From assembly GCA_000004985.1 (NCBI GenBank), contig GG738866.1: a DNA stretch of 64,000 nt. One strand, written 5' to 3'. The translations under genes and the position numbers were made by a program. The DNA is from Naegleria gruberi (taxonomy: Eukaryota). The notes below the pieces were generated by a model. The model ran no database searches. It was not told where the DNA came from and was given only the letters and a program-made list of their open reading frames with translations. Shown in pieces: positions 19,205-31,144 of the stretch; positions within the stretch are counted from its first letter, which is position 1; every line of letters begins with the position of its first letter.

Positions 19205-20812
19205 ATGAGAGAACAAAACAACTATTTCAAACCACAACAAAGCCGTTATCAACCATACGACCGTAATGGTGGTGGTAGTGGGGGATACAATAATCAAAGA
19301 GGTGGCGGTGGTGGCCGTTATGGAGGTGATAACGAATTCAGAAACGATAGAGGTCCAAGATCATTCAACGATAATGAAGCAAGTGCTGGTCCAGCACACA
19401 TCAGAGAAGATGAACCAGAAGAAGATTTATTCAATAAGAGAAACACTGGTATTAACTTTGAAAAGTATGAAAATATTCCTATTGAAGTTTTTGGTAGAGA
19501 TCCTCCAACTCCACTCGCCACTTTTGAAGAAGCCGATTTACATGAACTTTTAATGACTAACGTTAAGAAGAGTGGTTATACTAAACCAACACCAATTCAA
19601 AAGCACTCTATGCCTGCTATTGTTACTTCAAAGAGAGATATGATGGCTTGTGCTCAAACTGGTTCCGGTAAGACTGCTGCTTTCCTCTTGCCAATTATTA
19701 ATGCTCTCTTAAAATCAGGAATTCACAAGGATAAGAGAAGATTTGCTCCAAACAAGGGTAATCCAAAGGCTGTCATTCTTGCTCCAACTAGAGAATTGTG
19801 TCAACAAATTTATGATGAATGTAGAAAGTTCATCTTCCAAACTTATTTGAAGACTGTAGTTGTTTATGGTGGTGCTTCAAGTGGTTATCAAATGAAACAA
19901 TTAGAAAGAGGTGTTGATATTCTTGTTGGTACTCCAGGTAGAATGAATGACTTTATTCAAAGAGAAAAGCTCGACATGTCTGGTGTTCAATATTTGGTTT
20001 TGGATGAAGCTGATAGAATGTTGGATATGGGTTTCGAACCACAAATTAGATCTATTGTCGAAGGTAGTGGAATGCCACCAAAGGGTGATCGTTTAACTTT
20101 ATTATACAGTGCTACCTTCCCTAAGGAAACACAAAAGTTAGCTCTCGACTTTTTACATGATGAATTGTTTGTTCAAGTTGGTATTATTGGTGGTACTACT
20201 GATAACATTACACAAAGTTTCTATCAAGTTGACAGACGTGGTAAACAAGATAAGCTTGTTGAAGTTTTGACTGAAAAGAAGGAAGAAAGAGAAAAGACTC
20301 TTGTCTTTGTCCAACAAAAGAGTACTTGTGATCGTATTTATGAATTGTTGACTCCTCTTGGATTCAAATGTTCAGTTATTCACGGTGATAAGGATCAAAG
20401 ATCTAGAGAAAGATCATTGAGACAATTCAAGGATGGTTATACTAATATTCTTGTTGCTACTGATGTTGCTGCTAGAGGTTTGGATATTGAAAAGGTAGCT
20501 CACGTTATCAATTATGATTTGCCAAAGGAAATTGATTCATACATTCACAGAATTGGTAGAACTGGTCGTGTTGGTAACTTGGGTATTGCTACTGCTTTCT
20601 TTGATCCATCTGAAGATGGTAAATTGTGTAGAGAATTGGTTAAGATTTTGAAGGATGCCAATCAAGAAATTCCAGAATTTATTGAAAATGCTGCTTACAA
20701 TCCATTTGGCGGTAGAGGTGATGGTGGTTTCAGAAGAGGAGGCGGTGGCTTCAGAGGAGGTAGAGGTGGTGGTAGAGGTGGATTCGGTGGTGGATTCAAC
20801 AAGAGATGGTAA
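19205..20812 (+). CDS. DEAD-box RNA helicase, DDX3/Ded1 subfamily
   Basis: All DEAD-box motifs are present: Q motif, 'AQTGSGKT', 'PTRELCQQI', 'DEADRMLDMGF', 'SAT', 'HRIGRTGR'. The N- and C-termini are RGG/GYNN-rich ('GGRGDGGFRRGGGGFRGGRGGGRGGFGGGFNKRW'), as in Ded1/DDX3. Intronless. Confidence 0.85.
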   Translation: MREQNNYFKPQQSRYQPYDRNGGGSGGYNNQRGGGGGRYGGDNEFRNDRGPRSFNDNEASAGPAHIREDEPEEDLFNKRNTGINFEKYENIPIEVFGRDPPTPLATFEEADLHELLMTNVKKSGYTKPTPIQKHSMPAIVTSKRDMMACAQTGSGKTAAFLLPIINALLKSGIHKDKRRFAPNKGNPKAVILAPTRELCQQIYDECRKFIFQTYLKTVVVYGGASSGYQMKQLERGVDILVGTPGRMNDFIQREKLDMSGVQYLVLDEADRMLDMGFEPQIRSIVEGSGMPPKGDRLTLLYSATFPKETQKLALDFLHDELFVQVGIIGGTTDNITQSFYQVDRRGKQDKLVEVLTEKKEEREKTLVFVQQKSTCDRIYELLTPLGFKCSVIHGDKDQRSRERSLRQFKDGYTNILVATDVAARGLDIEKVAHVINYDLPKEIDSYIHRIGRTGRVGNLGIATAFFDPSEDGKLCRELVKILKDANQEIPEFIENAAYNPFGGRGDGGFRRGGGGFRGGRGGGRGGFGGGFNKRW

Positions 20813-21067
20813 AAATCCTCTATAGTTTTTTGCGAGCACAATAAATTGTGGCTCACAAGCGCGGTAGGAATAAGTGAAATAGAGATCTAGTTCAGGTAGT
20901 TAAATTGCTAATTGCAATTTTCAATGCAATGTGAACTGTTTAGAGCTAGATTTTGAAGAAACATGTGTTGTCTATCGTGCTTGCGCAGCTTGTAAATATT
21001 ATTAATAACTGAGTACCCTAGGCTATTTAAGGCCAATTTTGTTTCTAAGGCAACTAACTGAATATTT

Positions 21068-21111
21068 TGTGATGCGATTTTTTGGTTAATAAAATGATTA
21101 ATCGCATCACA
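21068..21111. other. Perfect 12-bp inverted repeat (TGTGATGCGATT / AATCGCATCACA) with 20-nt loop, 260 nt downstream of the helicase stop
   Basis: Read directly from the sequence in the helicase 3'-flank / hydrolase 5'-flank region. Function unknown. Confidence 0.35.
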
Positions 21112-21264
21112 TTTTTATGAATTAGTTGAGTTAGTATGTGAACATTGTTTCGTTTTTCAAAAATATCAAGTTCTCTTTCAATGTCTAATAATATTTCTAT
21201 TCTTCAAGAAAAGATAAATTTTAAGAGTCCGTATCAGTGCTATTAGGAAAATTAAGAAAAAAAA

Positions 21265-22171
21265 ATGACAACAACTAAACTTTCAAATCCTACAACCAAA
21301 CACGATCTTTGTGTCTACGAATGGAACGACACATTCAATGATGAAGCAACAAAACCTGAAAAATTAGTTTGTATTTTTCACGGAGCTGGTAAGTGACAAT
21401 TTTGAAAATTGATAAAAAATCGAATGTTAAAAAGGAGGAAGAGGATTGCAGTTTGAAAAAACATGCGAAATTTTAGCTAAAAACCATCCAGATTGGCATT
21501 TTGTCACGTTTGATCAAGTTGGTCATGGAGGATCTTTTTCAAGTGATATTTCATACCAGTGGTCTGATTTTGAATTTGATTCACTCTACTCAAATGCAGA
21601 ATTCATTGTAAATCATTTCAGAAATAAGTATCAACAAAAAGATCACAAAATTGAACTGTGTATTGCTGCTCATAGTGTGGGCAGTGGATTGGCTATGCGT
21701 TACTGCATCAATCATAGAGACATTGTGTCAAAATTAATTTTACTTGGAACAAAACCTGAGGCTCCAGGAAAATCACCTGTTTGGGTATTTCCTTCTTTAT
21801 TTTTGGAATTAATTCGAGGTGTTTTCTCTGCATCATTTGCCAAGCTGGCATATCATGAGTCAACTCCAATAGAAGTGAAAGAAGCCGAGTCAGAACACAC
21901 TAAAAACAATACCATGTACATGATGAAAGCTATTTGCACACAACTCATATGGCCAACTCAGGAGGAAATTGCTACTATTAAGGTAAAGACACTAGTCATT
22001 TCAGGAGAAACAGATGGTTTAACACAACCTGAACGTGGTAAAGTAGTGCATGAACTCATTGAAAATAGTCAATTCTGCATTATTGAAGGTGCCTCTCACA
22101 ACATGATGATTGAAAAGCCATCCATTCTAGCAGAGAAAATTGAACAATTCTTCATTGCAAATGAACAATAA
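21265..22171 (+). CDS. Alpha/beta-hydrolase fold protein (paralog A)
   Basis: Exon 1 is 21265..21388 (MTTTKLSNPTTKHDLCVYEWNDTFNDEATKPEKLVCIFHGAG|). The intron spans 21389..21434 (GTAAGT...AAAAAG, phase 1). Exon 2 is 21435..22171. The spliced product has the 'HGAGG' oxyanion motif, the nucleophile elbow 'AAHSVGSG' and a C-terminal 'GASHNMMIEKP' catalytic His region. Confidence 0.6.
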
Positions 22172-22408
22172 AGTTTACAATCCATTGTGTTTAACTGTTG
22201 CAACCGAAACTTTTGCCAACTTTTCTCGAACGGAAATAGTCTAATAAGGAAGACTTTCCCTTAGATGGATCTTTTGAAAAATGTCAAAGAAGAGCGGCAA
22301 AATAATTAATACAAAGCAATCGGTGCAGTAGAGACAACAGAAGGTGATATATTTTTTAGCTGCCTCATTAATGATTGCCACAGAGATAACAGAACGACCA
22401 AAAAATAA

Positions 22409-24193
22409 ATGACAACGCTACTCACTGAAGTGCCTCCTCGGATTTCTCTTGAGGATAGCTTGATTTTGAATAAGGAAGAAGAGATTGAGGATGAAGGGGA
22501 GATGAATCATCATCAACAACAAATACAAGAATATAGGCGGAATAGCCAACAACATTTCTCTCCAATTTATATCAAGCAGGATGCAGAGGAAAAGAGTTCA
22601 AAAGGGTCATCATTTCATTCGGGGAAGAAGAGGAGTGCTTCATCATCATCAAAGCGATTTCTAACCCACAAGAATAGCATTAAGAGTATGAGCAAATATT
22701 CAGTTTCTGGGGATACTAATTTTTCTCCTAAAAAACTTCCATCAATACATATCGCCATACGACTAAAAAGTCACCCTCGGATTTTACTCCAATCAATTCA
22801 TCACTAGGATTGCAATTCTCTCCTGTACCAACAAGTTCTACTCTCTTAATGAAAATACATTGCTCATTTTTCTGTAGAGGAACACTTTGTAAACATGAGG
22901 ATTATCTAAGAACTGTACAATCAGAACATCAAAAGAAGGAAATGTCTTCATCAGTCACCTCTCCTAAAAGAATTAGAAAGTATTATGCTATTGAGGGGCT
23001 GAATTCTCATCATGTTACTAATAATGTAATTGCTTCTCAAAGATTATCGAGTCGATTAATCAAAAAGTTTGATATTATAGGACAATTTAAACACTACAAT
23101 GTAGTATCTGTTGTAAATTTACAGGAGAGAGGAGAACATGCTTATTGTGGAGATGGAATTTTGGAAAAGAGTGGATTTTCATATGATCCTGAGGAGGATT
23201 TAATGAAACATAAGAGTATGTATAATATTGTCTTTAGATTTGAATTTTTGAATTTCTATCAGTTCAATACTATAGTTATGCTTTCCAAGACATGTCAATA
23301 CCAGATTTAAACTTGATGATTAGTGTAGTAAAAACAATGAAATTGGATTCAGAAAAAGGAAGGATACTTGTACATTGTCACGCTGGTTTAGGAAGAACTG
23401 GACTTGTGATTTGTTGCTTTCTGATTTATTGTAAATATTTTCATAATCCAACAAAAGCTATACTATTTGTGAGAAGTAGAAGACCTGGAAGTATTCAAAC
23501 GAAATCTCAGGTTCAATTTGTTTCTCAATTTTATAATTTTTTGACAAGGAGTAGAACATTTTTTCATTCGGCCACATTAAAACTTGCAATGGAAAAGCAA
23601 AGAGCAATCTGTAAGTAATAATTTCCATTCTGAAAATCCTAAAAGTTATGTTTTAAGGTTGTGGTACAGAATATATAATTCTAAGGAGAACTCCCAAATT
23701 AGTTTTCGAGATTTGCCAACAATTATCAAACATTTTATTTGCTTCGAATAATTTACCTCAATTATTAACAAATTTCTTCCTGTTTAGTCCTGACACAATA
23801 ACACGAGATTTGGACGCTTACAAGAGCAAAATCAATATCGATGACTGGTCAAGCCTGAGGAGGTGTAATAATTTCCCAACTCTCACCTACTTACTGTTTG
23901 ATTGGTTGGAAGGATTCGACCCTCCAATCCTTGATCAAACCCTTGATTTTGACCCAAATGAAGATTTGGGGTGGAATTTAAAAGTAAGAGGAATGGTTTT
24001 AGAGGTGGAAATTGTTAACGTCCTTGTTCGAACTCTATCACAAATGTTTAGAAGATTAATTGATCAATCATTGGCCGAATCGTTTGTTTTGTTATTCCTG
24101 TATAAATTGTGTAAGACAACCCTAGGTGCAGAGGAAGACATTGTTAGATCTTTTATTCGTCAAATGAAAAGAGGATCAACCACAAAATGTTAA
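22409..24193 (+). CDS. PTPDC1: PTPDC1-like protein tyrosine/dual-specificity phosphatase (multi-exon; 5' exon uncertain)
   Basis: The secure part is 22848..23215, 23263..23610 and 23658..24193, with introns 23216..23262 (GTATGT..TATCAG) and 23611..23657 (GTAAGT..TTTAAG). 'VVNLQERGEHAYCG', 'GFSYDPE', 'ILVHCHAGLGRTGLVICCFLIY' (CX5R active site), 'RPGSIQTKSQVQFVSQF' and the C-terminal 'DDWSSLRRCNNFPTLTYLLFDWLEGF' are collinear with human PTPDC1 (from memory). The upstream ORF 22409..22807 looks coding but is in a different frame with no clean splice, so it is either an unrecognised junction or a frameshift. Confidence 0.6.
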
Positions 24194-24311
24194 TAAACAA
24201 TATTTTCACTATTTGAATTGGGAGTAGTTTGTTTCTTGTTATCTTCACCTTTCATTAACTTTGGCTATGTGTTTATAAACCAGTGTGACATTGAAATCAT
24301 CAATCAAAAAA

Positions 24312-27300
24312 ATGTCAGGAGAGCAGTAAGTCATTTAAAAATCTTTGCACCATCGATCTAATCACAATAACAACAACAACAATAGCCACTTGATTATATA
24401 CGATTTTGAAGCGACCAATGAAGGTGAACTAACAGTAAAAGAAGGTGAAATTATTGAAGTTATGGAAGTTTACGATGATGGTTGGAGTTTATGTAAACGA
24501 CAAAAACAAAAAGGTTTAATTCCCTCATCGTATTATGATGAAAATCCATGTGATGGAGCAAATACACCAGGAGCTTCATCACTCGCATTTTCTCTCAATT
24601 CGAATAATTTAAATTTAAACGAACTTCAAATTGATGATAAATCAGCCATTTCGGCCAACAAACATGTGAGCATTTCGGCTGGAGGAATTAAAATTGTTAG
24701 AAAGGATTTGGGAAATGCCTCATCTTCCAATTCTAAACTTTATTCACCAACCGGTCCAATGGTAAGTTTTTACAAATTTTTATTGTAATTGACATTTATT
24801 ATTACAATTGTTAATTATTAATATTTAATAACAATTATTTAATATTAATGTGATCTTTATATAAATTGATAGAAACACTCAAAAACTGAAGCCTTTGCTT
24901 TGATTACAAAATTCATTACACAATCTGCCAAACGTAAGAAACTTCGTGATTGGATGTCAATTAAGGAAAATAGAAGTTTCCGTAAACGTAATGAATTAGT
25001 TAGAGAATTATTACAGACTGAAGAAAGTTATGTTCAGTCACTTCGTTTATTTGTAAATTCCTATGCTAAACCAGCAAAAGCAAATACTCAATTATTATCT
25101 GAAAAGAAATCAAAAATCATCTTTTCAAATATTGAACAAATTTTGGGTATTAATGAAACTGTATTGGCTAGTTTACAAGCAGCTATTATGAAATGGCCTT
25201 CAAAGAATGAATTGGGTGAAACATTTAATAGAATGGCACCTTTTTTCAAGGCCTATGTAACTTATATTAACAATTATGATGCAGCTTTTGAATTATTGGA
25301 AAGATGTGAAAAGAAAAAGAACAAATTCTTCCAATACATGTCAGATCAAACTGCTAAAAACCCAACAGAACACGGTTTGAGATCACTTTTGATTATGCCA
25401 GTTCAAAGGTTTGTAATTTTTAATTGTTGATTTTTACAAAATATTGAACTTTTTTCATGAATTATGTACTTCTACTATTTTGATAATGAATAGAATTCCA
25501 CGTTACAAAATGTTATTGGAACAAATTCTTGCATCAACACCTCAAGAACATGTTGAATATAAACACTATGAAACTGCATTAAAGACCATCAGTGATGTTG
25601 CTGTATTCGTGAACGAGAGAAAGAGGCAAGAAGATGATTCCAACGTCATCTTCACAGATTTAAAGACCAAATTGAGCAAACACTACAAGGCACTTGTAAA
25701 ACCAACAAGAAAAGTTATTAGAGATTATGTTTTCAGAATGAGAACAAGGGAAAAAGTTGAAAAGGAAGAATATAGAGGATATATTTTCACAGATGCAATG
25801 ATTATCTTACAGGAACAAAGTGGTTTATTCAATCTTTCAAAGAAATCATTCATGTTTGTTTACTTTTCATTCACAAAACTTCTTGGAAGAAATGGAGCTG
25901 AAATCAAGTTGAGTTACATTAACGGAGGCAAGGAAACAGACTTTTCCTTGATTGCAGCATCAGAGGAGGATGCCAAAGCTCTCTATGAAACATTCGACGA
26001 AAGAATCAAGAGTATTGAAGAAAGTCAAAGTTTCAAGAATATGAAACTCGATAGAGATTGTTACTCTGTCGGTAGAGAAAGAGCTAGTTTGGCTGAGAAG
26101 AGAGATGAAACTAAAGCTAAATTGGAAGCCAATGTAAAGCAATTCCATTCATCTGAAAAGAAATTGAAGAAATTGGATCAATCATTACAAAATCATGAAC
26201 AAGAATTGAAAAAGCTTGTTGAACTCATTTGTAGGGAACGAGAAGAAAAGAGTAACACTATCAAGGAAATGGAAGGAATCCAAGTTCAATGTGCAGATAT
26301 TCAAGTTCAACTCAAGAATAATTTGGAGGAAATCAAACAACGTGATGAAATTCTCTTTGATAAGATGTTACACAATGTTGGAGAGGACTTTGGTCTCGTT
26401 TTTGGTGAAGACAACCTTGTAGACGTACCTTCTGAATTGAAGAAAGCTCCAATCAATAATACTGTCTATATGAACTCGAGCAGTTCATACAAGCACATTG
26501 ATATTCAAGCCATTCTGAAAGAGGTTTCCAAAGTGGATGTCTCCATTGGTACAAGACTTGATTTTGAGAGTGATTCACCTGCAAGGTCAACACCAGTCAG
26601 TAGTAGCAGTAATATTTCACCTCAAAATATCAGTTCATTCACAGACAATTCTCCAAATACTCCAACAACTACTTCTCGTCCTAAACACATTCTTCCTCCA
26701 CCTTCTGAACTCAGAAAGTCCATGAATGGTACAAGTGATTTGGGTTTGGCAGCAGCTAAAATGAATTTCAATAATCCACAACCTCCACCACGTCCACCAC
26801 CATCCAAAACTCCAATCAACAAGCCAAGTGTTTCACCTCCTTCCACTACCAACTCACCAACTACGAGCTCTTTTGGAACTGGTAAACTATTGCCACCACC
26901 AAAACCAAGTGGCTCACCAACAACAGCAGTTCCACCACCTCCTTCAACTCAACCACCACCTCCAAAGAAACCCAACATTATCTCCACTCCTCCAAGTACC
27001 ACTGGAAATAACTCTTTCAAAACAGCTGCCTCTAAATTCGGCAATGATTTATCATCTCCAGGAAAGACCAGTACAACCACGTCACCATTCGGATCTTCAA
27101 CAAATTCAAATAGTTCCTCTTCATTGAGAATTGGTGGATTTAACAAGCTTAATACTCCATCATCAAATACTCCATCATTACCTTCTCCAAGAGACAAACC
27201 ATTACCGAAACCTGTTCCTCAAGTTCCACAAACTCAGTCAGTTACTAGCAACAGCAATGGCAGTACTCCAACACTTGTGAAGAAAACTCCTCTTCCACCT

Positions 27301-27315
27301 CCCAAAAAACTATAA
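24312..27315 (+). CDS. SH3-domain RhoGEF (Dbl-homology) protein with coiled-coil and Pro/Ser/Thr-rich tail
   Basis: Four exons: 24312..24325 (14 nt: ATG TCA GGA GAG CA|GTAAGT), 24386..24761, 24873..25408, 25494..27315. The SH3 domain is 'LIIYDFEATNEGELTVKEGEIIEVMEVYDDGWSLCKRQKQKGLIPSSY'. The DH domain is 'RNELVRELLQTEESYVQSLRLFVNSY...', with 'PVQR|IPRYKMLLEQIL' rejoined across the third intron, which is the DH consensus. Confidence 0.65.
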
Positions 27316-27641
27316 ACTATTTTCTCTTGTACTTTAGAATAATACTCAATCATCAACACTGCTCTTCATAATGAATTCAATCCATCTCATTTGGGTATCT
27401 TCATTAAGAAAAAGATGAAGGAACCTGCTCTTATCAAATTATTATGGAAGTTTATTGCTACTACTAATCCATTCAATATCTATTTTAGATGCCACATGTT
27501 TGTATTGTTAAAATAAATACAAATATTGTATGAGTACTTGGTGCTTAAATTTTGCGCCATTTTGTATTACACAAAAATTTAAAATACAAAAAAAAGACAA
27601 CACTCAACAACGTGCCTCTTTTCCCCCTCATATAAAACACA

Positions 27642-28407
27642 ATGTTAAAGTCAAGTGGTAGGTTTTTATATTGTTTGAAGAGGATTAGTGATACATTGAT
27701 GCTGATTAGGATTTTTTACTGACCAAGATAAGGCTAATGCTGCTAACGCTTTTGAATTTGCTACCAAATCGCTGGTGGAAAAGAAGGCCAGAGAAAATAT
27801 TAAAGCAGAAGAGGACAAGAATAAACCAAGATATGTACAACGAGATGTTTTCATTAAAGATAGTAGTTCCGGATTGAGGGAAGATAGACCAAAGGAAGAA
27901 AAGAAAAAAGACGAAGATGATGAATATGACTATCTTCTTGAGGAAGATGATGATGAAGAATTGAGATCACTCAGAGAACGAAGACTTCAAATTTTGAAGG
28001 AAGCAAACTCAAAGAAAATGGAATTGATTAATACACGCCAACACGGTAAATATGTGGAAGTTGAGGAAGGAGCATTTTTGGATACCGTGCTCAAGAGCAA
28101 GTATTGTGTTTGTCACTTTTTCCATAATGACTTTGAAAGATGTAAAATTGTTGATAAGCATTTAGGAACTCTCTGTCAAAAGTATTGGCAAACCAGATTC
28201 TTCAAGGTTAATGCTGAAAAGGCTCCATTTTTCATTTCTAAACTCCAAGTCAGAATGCTTCCAGCAGTTATTTGTTTTAAGGATGGTGTAATGGTGGACA
28301 GATTTGATGGTTTTGAGGAATTGGGAGGTGCTGATGATTTCCCAACAGTTAAAATGGATATGAGATTAATCCAATCGAAATGTGTTGGAGCTGACTTGCA
28401 ATTGTAA
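27642..28407 (+). CDS. TXNDC9: TXNDC9 / phosducin-like protein 3 (thioredoxin-like) homolog
   Basis: Exon 1 is 27642..27657 (16 nt, ATG TTA AAG TCA AGT G|GTAGGT). Exon 2 is 27710..28407. 'GKYVEVEEGAFLDTVLKSKYCVCHFFHNDFERCKIVDKHLGTLCQKYWQTRFFKVNAEKAPFFISKLQVRMLPAVICFKDG' is collinear with human TXNDC9 '[82 protein letters not shown]' (from memory). The first exon and intron are inferred from splice consensus only. Confidence 0.55.
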
Positions 28408-28457
28408 ATTATTAAATATTTAACTAACTTATTTTCAAAATCTATTTAAACTTTAAT

Positions 28458-30799
28458 TTAAGGTGTTGTGCTTTCTTGTGAAGATTCAGTAGTTTCTGTT
28501 GATTCAGTCTTTTCCTCAACGATTGTGGATTGTTCTTGTGGTGGAACTTCAGTTACTTGCTCTTCTGGTTGACTTGTTGGTTCCTCGTTAGTTGATTGTT
28601 CTGTTTGTTCAACTGTTTCCTTAGTTTCTGTTTCGGTTGTTTGTTCAGTTTGGGTGGTGGTAGTTTCCTTAGATTCCTTTTGGGCTTTCTCTTGTTTTTC
28701 TTTAGCACGTTGTTCCACAATTTGCTTTTCCTTTTCAATTATTTCCACGACAGCCTTCACTTTCTCTTCTGTTTCACCAAAGACAGTGATGGAAGAATCC
28801 TTTAAATTGACCTTAACGATAGTATCAGTTTCTGTTTGAATTTTAGATCTTTGTTTGTTAATATTCCTAGCAACCTTAACATCAACCCTCAAAACTTGTT
28901 TGTGTTGAGTTTTTCTTTCATGTTCAAGTTCTTTAGAAATGATGGCTTCAACTTGAGATTTGGCCTTTTGGACTTCATCTTGTTTGTATCCTGTAATCTT
29001 GATAGTGTTTGATTTCTTCACAACAGTTACCCGTGTGTTAGTTTCCTTTTGAATCTTTTGGGAGGCTTCAATAATTACTTCTCCATGAGCTGGCTTTTGG
29101 AGTGGAATTTCAGCAATTGAGGCATCCTTCATGAGTTGTGCAACATGCTTGATAGCAACATCAGCACCTGATCCAGTTCCTGAAATTTTAACTACGTTAG
29201 CCTTCTTGTCGATAACTGTATTGACAACTCCGTCAAGATTTTGAATCTTTTTGAGGTTTTCTCCTTTCAATCCAAACAAGAGATCGATCATATCTTCGTG
29301 AGATTGACCAAGTTTGGTGATTTGAATTGTCTTTTCTTGGAGACCCTTTTCCAAGAATTCGTTAATGAGCTTTCTGGCAGCCTTAATTTGTTCAGTTGAG
29401 CCAGTTATTTTACAAGAACCTTCGAGCTTGTCTACGAAAATATCAGCTCCGGTTTCCTTCTTCCATTGAGAAACAACTCTGGTGAGTGGAACAAACATTT
29501 CCATCTTGAAACGAATTGAAGTTGATTCAGTCTTCTTTTTGGTGGTGAATAACTTTTCAATTAATTCCTTAGCTACAGCAACAGTTTCTGGAGTACCCTT
29601 AATAACAACTTGACTCAACTCCTTATTGATATTGACATCAGATCCAGATTTTTCTCTGATACTCTTAATGGTGGCACCCTTTTTACCAAAAACTTTTCCA
29701 ATCATTTCTGGATCAATGTTCATCTTTTCTGTGTGAACAAACTTTGAGAGACTATCAACTTCTTCTTGGATTTGCAATCTCTTGAGAGTGAGTTCTGTAA
29801 TTTCATTTTTAATGTCTGATCCAGTAACAACAGCTTCTCTGCTCTTGGTATCAATTAATTCAAGCAATTCCTTTCTTTCCTTCTTGAGCTGAGCAATTTG
29901 CTTTCTAGCCTTGGTGATGAATTTCTTCAATTCGTCAGATCCAGTGACTGATTCAGAAGCCTCTACAAGCATTGGTTCGTATTGTTGTTTAGCTCTCTTT
30001 AAAGCCTTCTTCTTTTCTGAAATTTCCTTTTCAGCCTTTTGGAAATTATTAACAACAATTTGGTATCGTTTGTGAACATCGTGTTGTTTGACAAGTATAT
30101 TCTCATATTCGTCGTATAATCTTTTAGCATCTCTCAACTTGTTGAATTTTGTCTTGAGTTGTTTCAATTCAGATTCTGGTGTTTCCTTAGATTCAAGTTT
30201 AGCCTCAACCTCACTCATAGCCTTGTTGTATGCAGCTACAGTAGAGTATGGCAAAGAAGATTTCTTAGCAATAATAATTTCTTTCTATTTTGAGAAAGAT
30301 CCAAATAATTCCGAAATGAATATGTTATGTAAAATGTTGTACATACCAATGAAGCTCTTTCATTATCTATTGCTCCCTTTTCCTCTTCAAGATTTTGTTT
30401 GTTTACCAAAGCAGTATCATAATCAACTTCGAATGATCTCAACTTGGATTTAATTAAATTCTTCTTTTCTCTTTCCAATTTATTTTCCTCAAGTTTTGAT
30501 TCAGCTTCAGCCAATTTTTGTTTGATTTCACTTTCAATTTTATCAATTTGTTGATTGAGACTCTTTACACGTTCTCTAGTTTCACTCAACTCTTTGTTAC
30601 TCAACACGGAAGATTCCTTGAGTGTTTTAGAAAGATTACTAGTATGAGATTTAATTAACTTGTTGATTTCACTGAGACGCTTCTTCTTTTCCTTTTCAAT
30701 ACGGATTACATCATCAAGAGTCAAGGAGACTTGTGGTGCTGTTGTTGTATTCCCTTCTTCAATAAAAGTTGGTTCTTCTTCCGTAGGTTGTGAAAGCAT
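28458..30799 (-). CDS. Multi-KH-domain RNA-binding protein with N-terminal coiled-coil
   Basis: Exon 1 is 30347..30799 (real ATG at 30799, 'MLSQPTEEEP...'). The intron spans 30285..30346 (GTATGT...AAATAG). Exon 2 is 28458..30284. Several KH-like GXXG-context modules are present ('VFGKKGATIKSIREKSGSDVNI', 'LFGLKGENLKKIQNLDGV'), with Lys/Glu-rich coiled coils and an acidic T/E/Q-rich C-terminus. Confidence 0.5.
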
Positions 30800-31144
30800 T
30801 TTTTCTATTATGAAAATTCGGAAGCCTTTCAAATGATGAATTTTGAGCGCGAAAAGTCCAAGTTGCAACTTCATGCAGACGATCAAGTCATTTTACAAGT
30901 GTTGTCATGATGATTGTTTTTAATGAATTTCGGAATTTTAAAAATGATCATTTCCCAAGGAGGAACATTATCTTCTAATTTGAATCTTTTTCCTTCCAAC
31001 AACATAACTTATTTATCAACACTGATGAATTATTAATATTAATTTTATCACAATTGTTCCAGTGGATAAGGAATTAGAACAATGCAAATGTTACAACTTC
31101 CAAGTAAAAAACAATAACTATAACACATCAATTTTAAAAAAAAA

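Noticed and set aside
22409-22807. Using this 132-aa ORF as a confirmed first exon of the PTPDC1-like gene
   Set aside because: It looks coding by composition, but it is in a different frame from the conserved phosphatase core. No canonical donor/acceptor pair joins them. The core could also start at ATG 22848.
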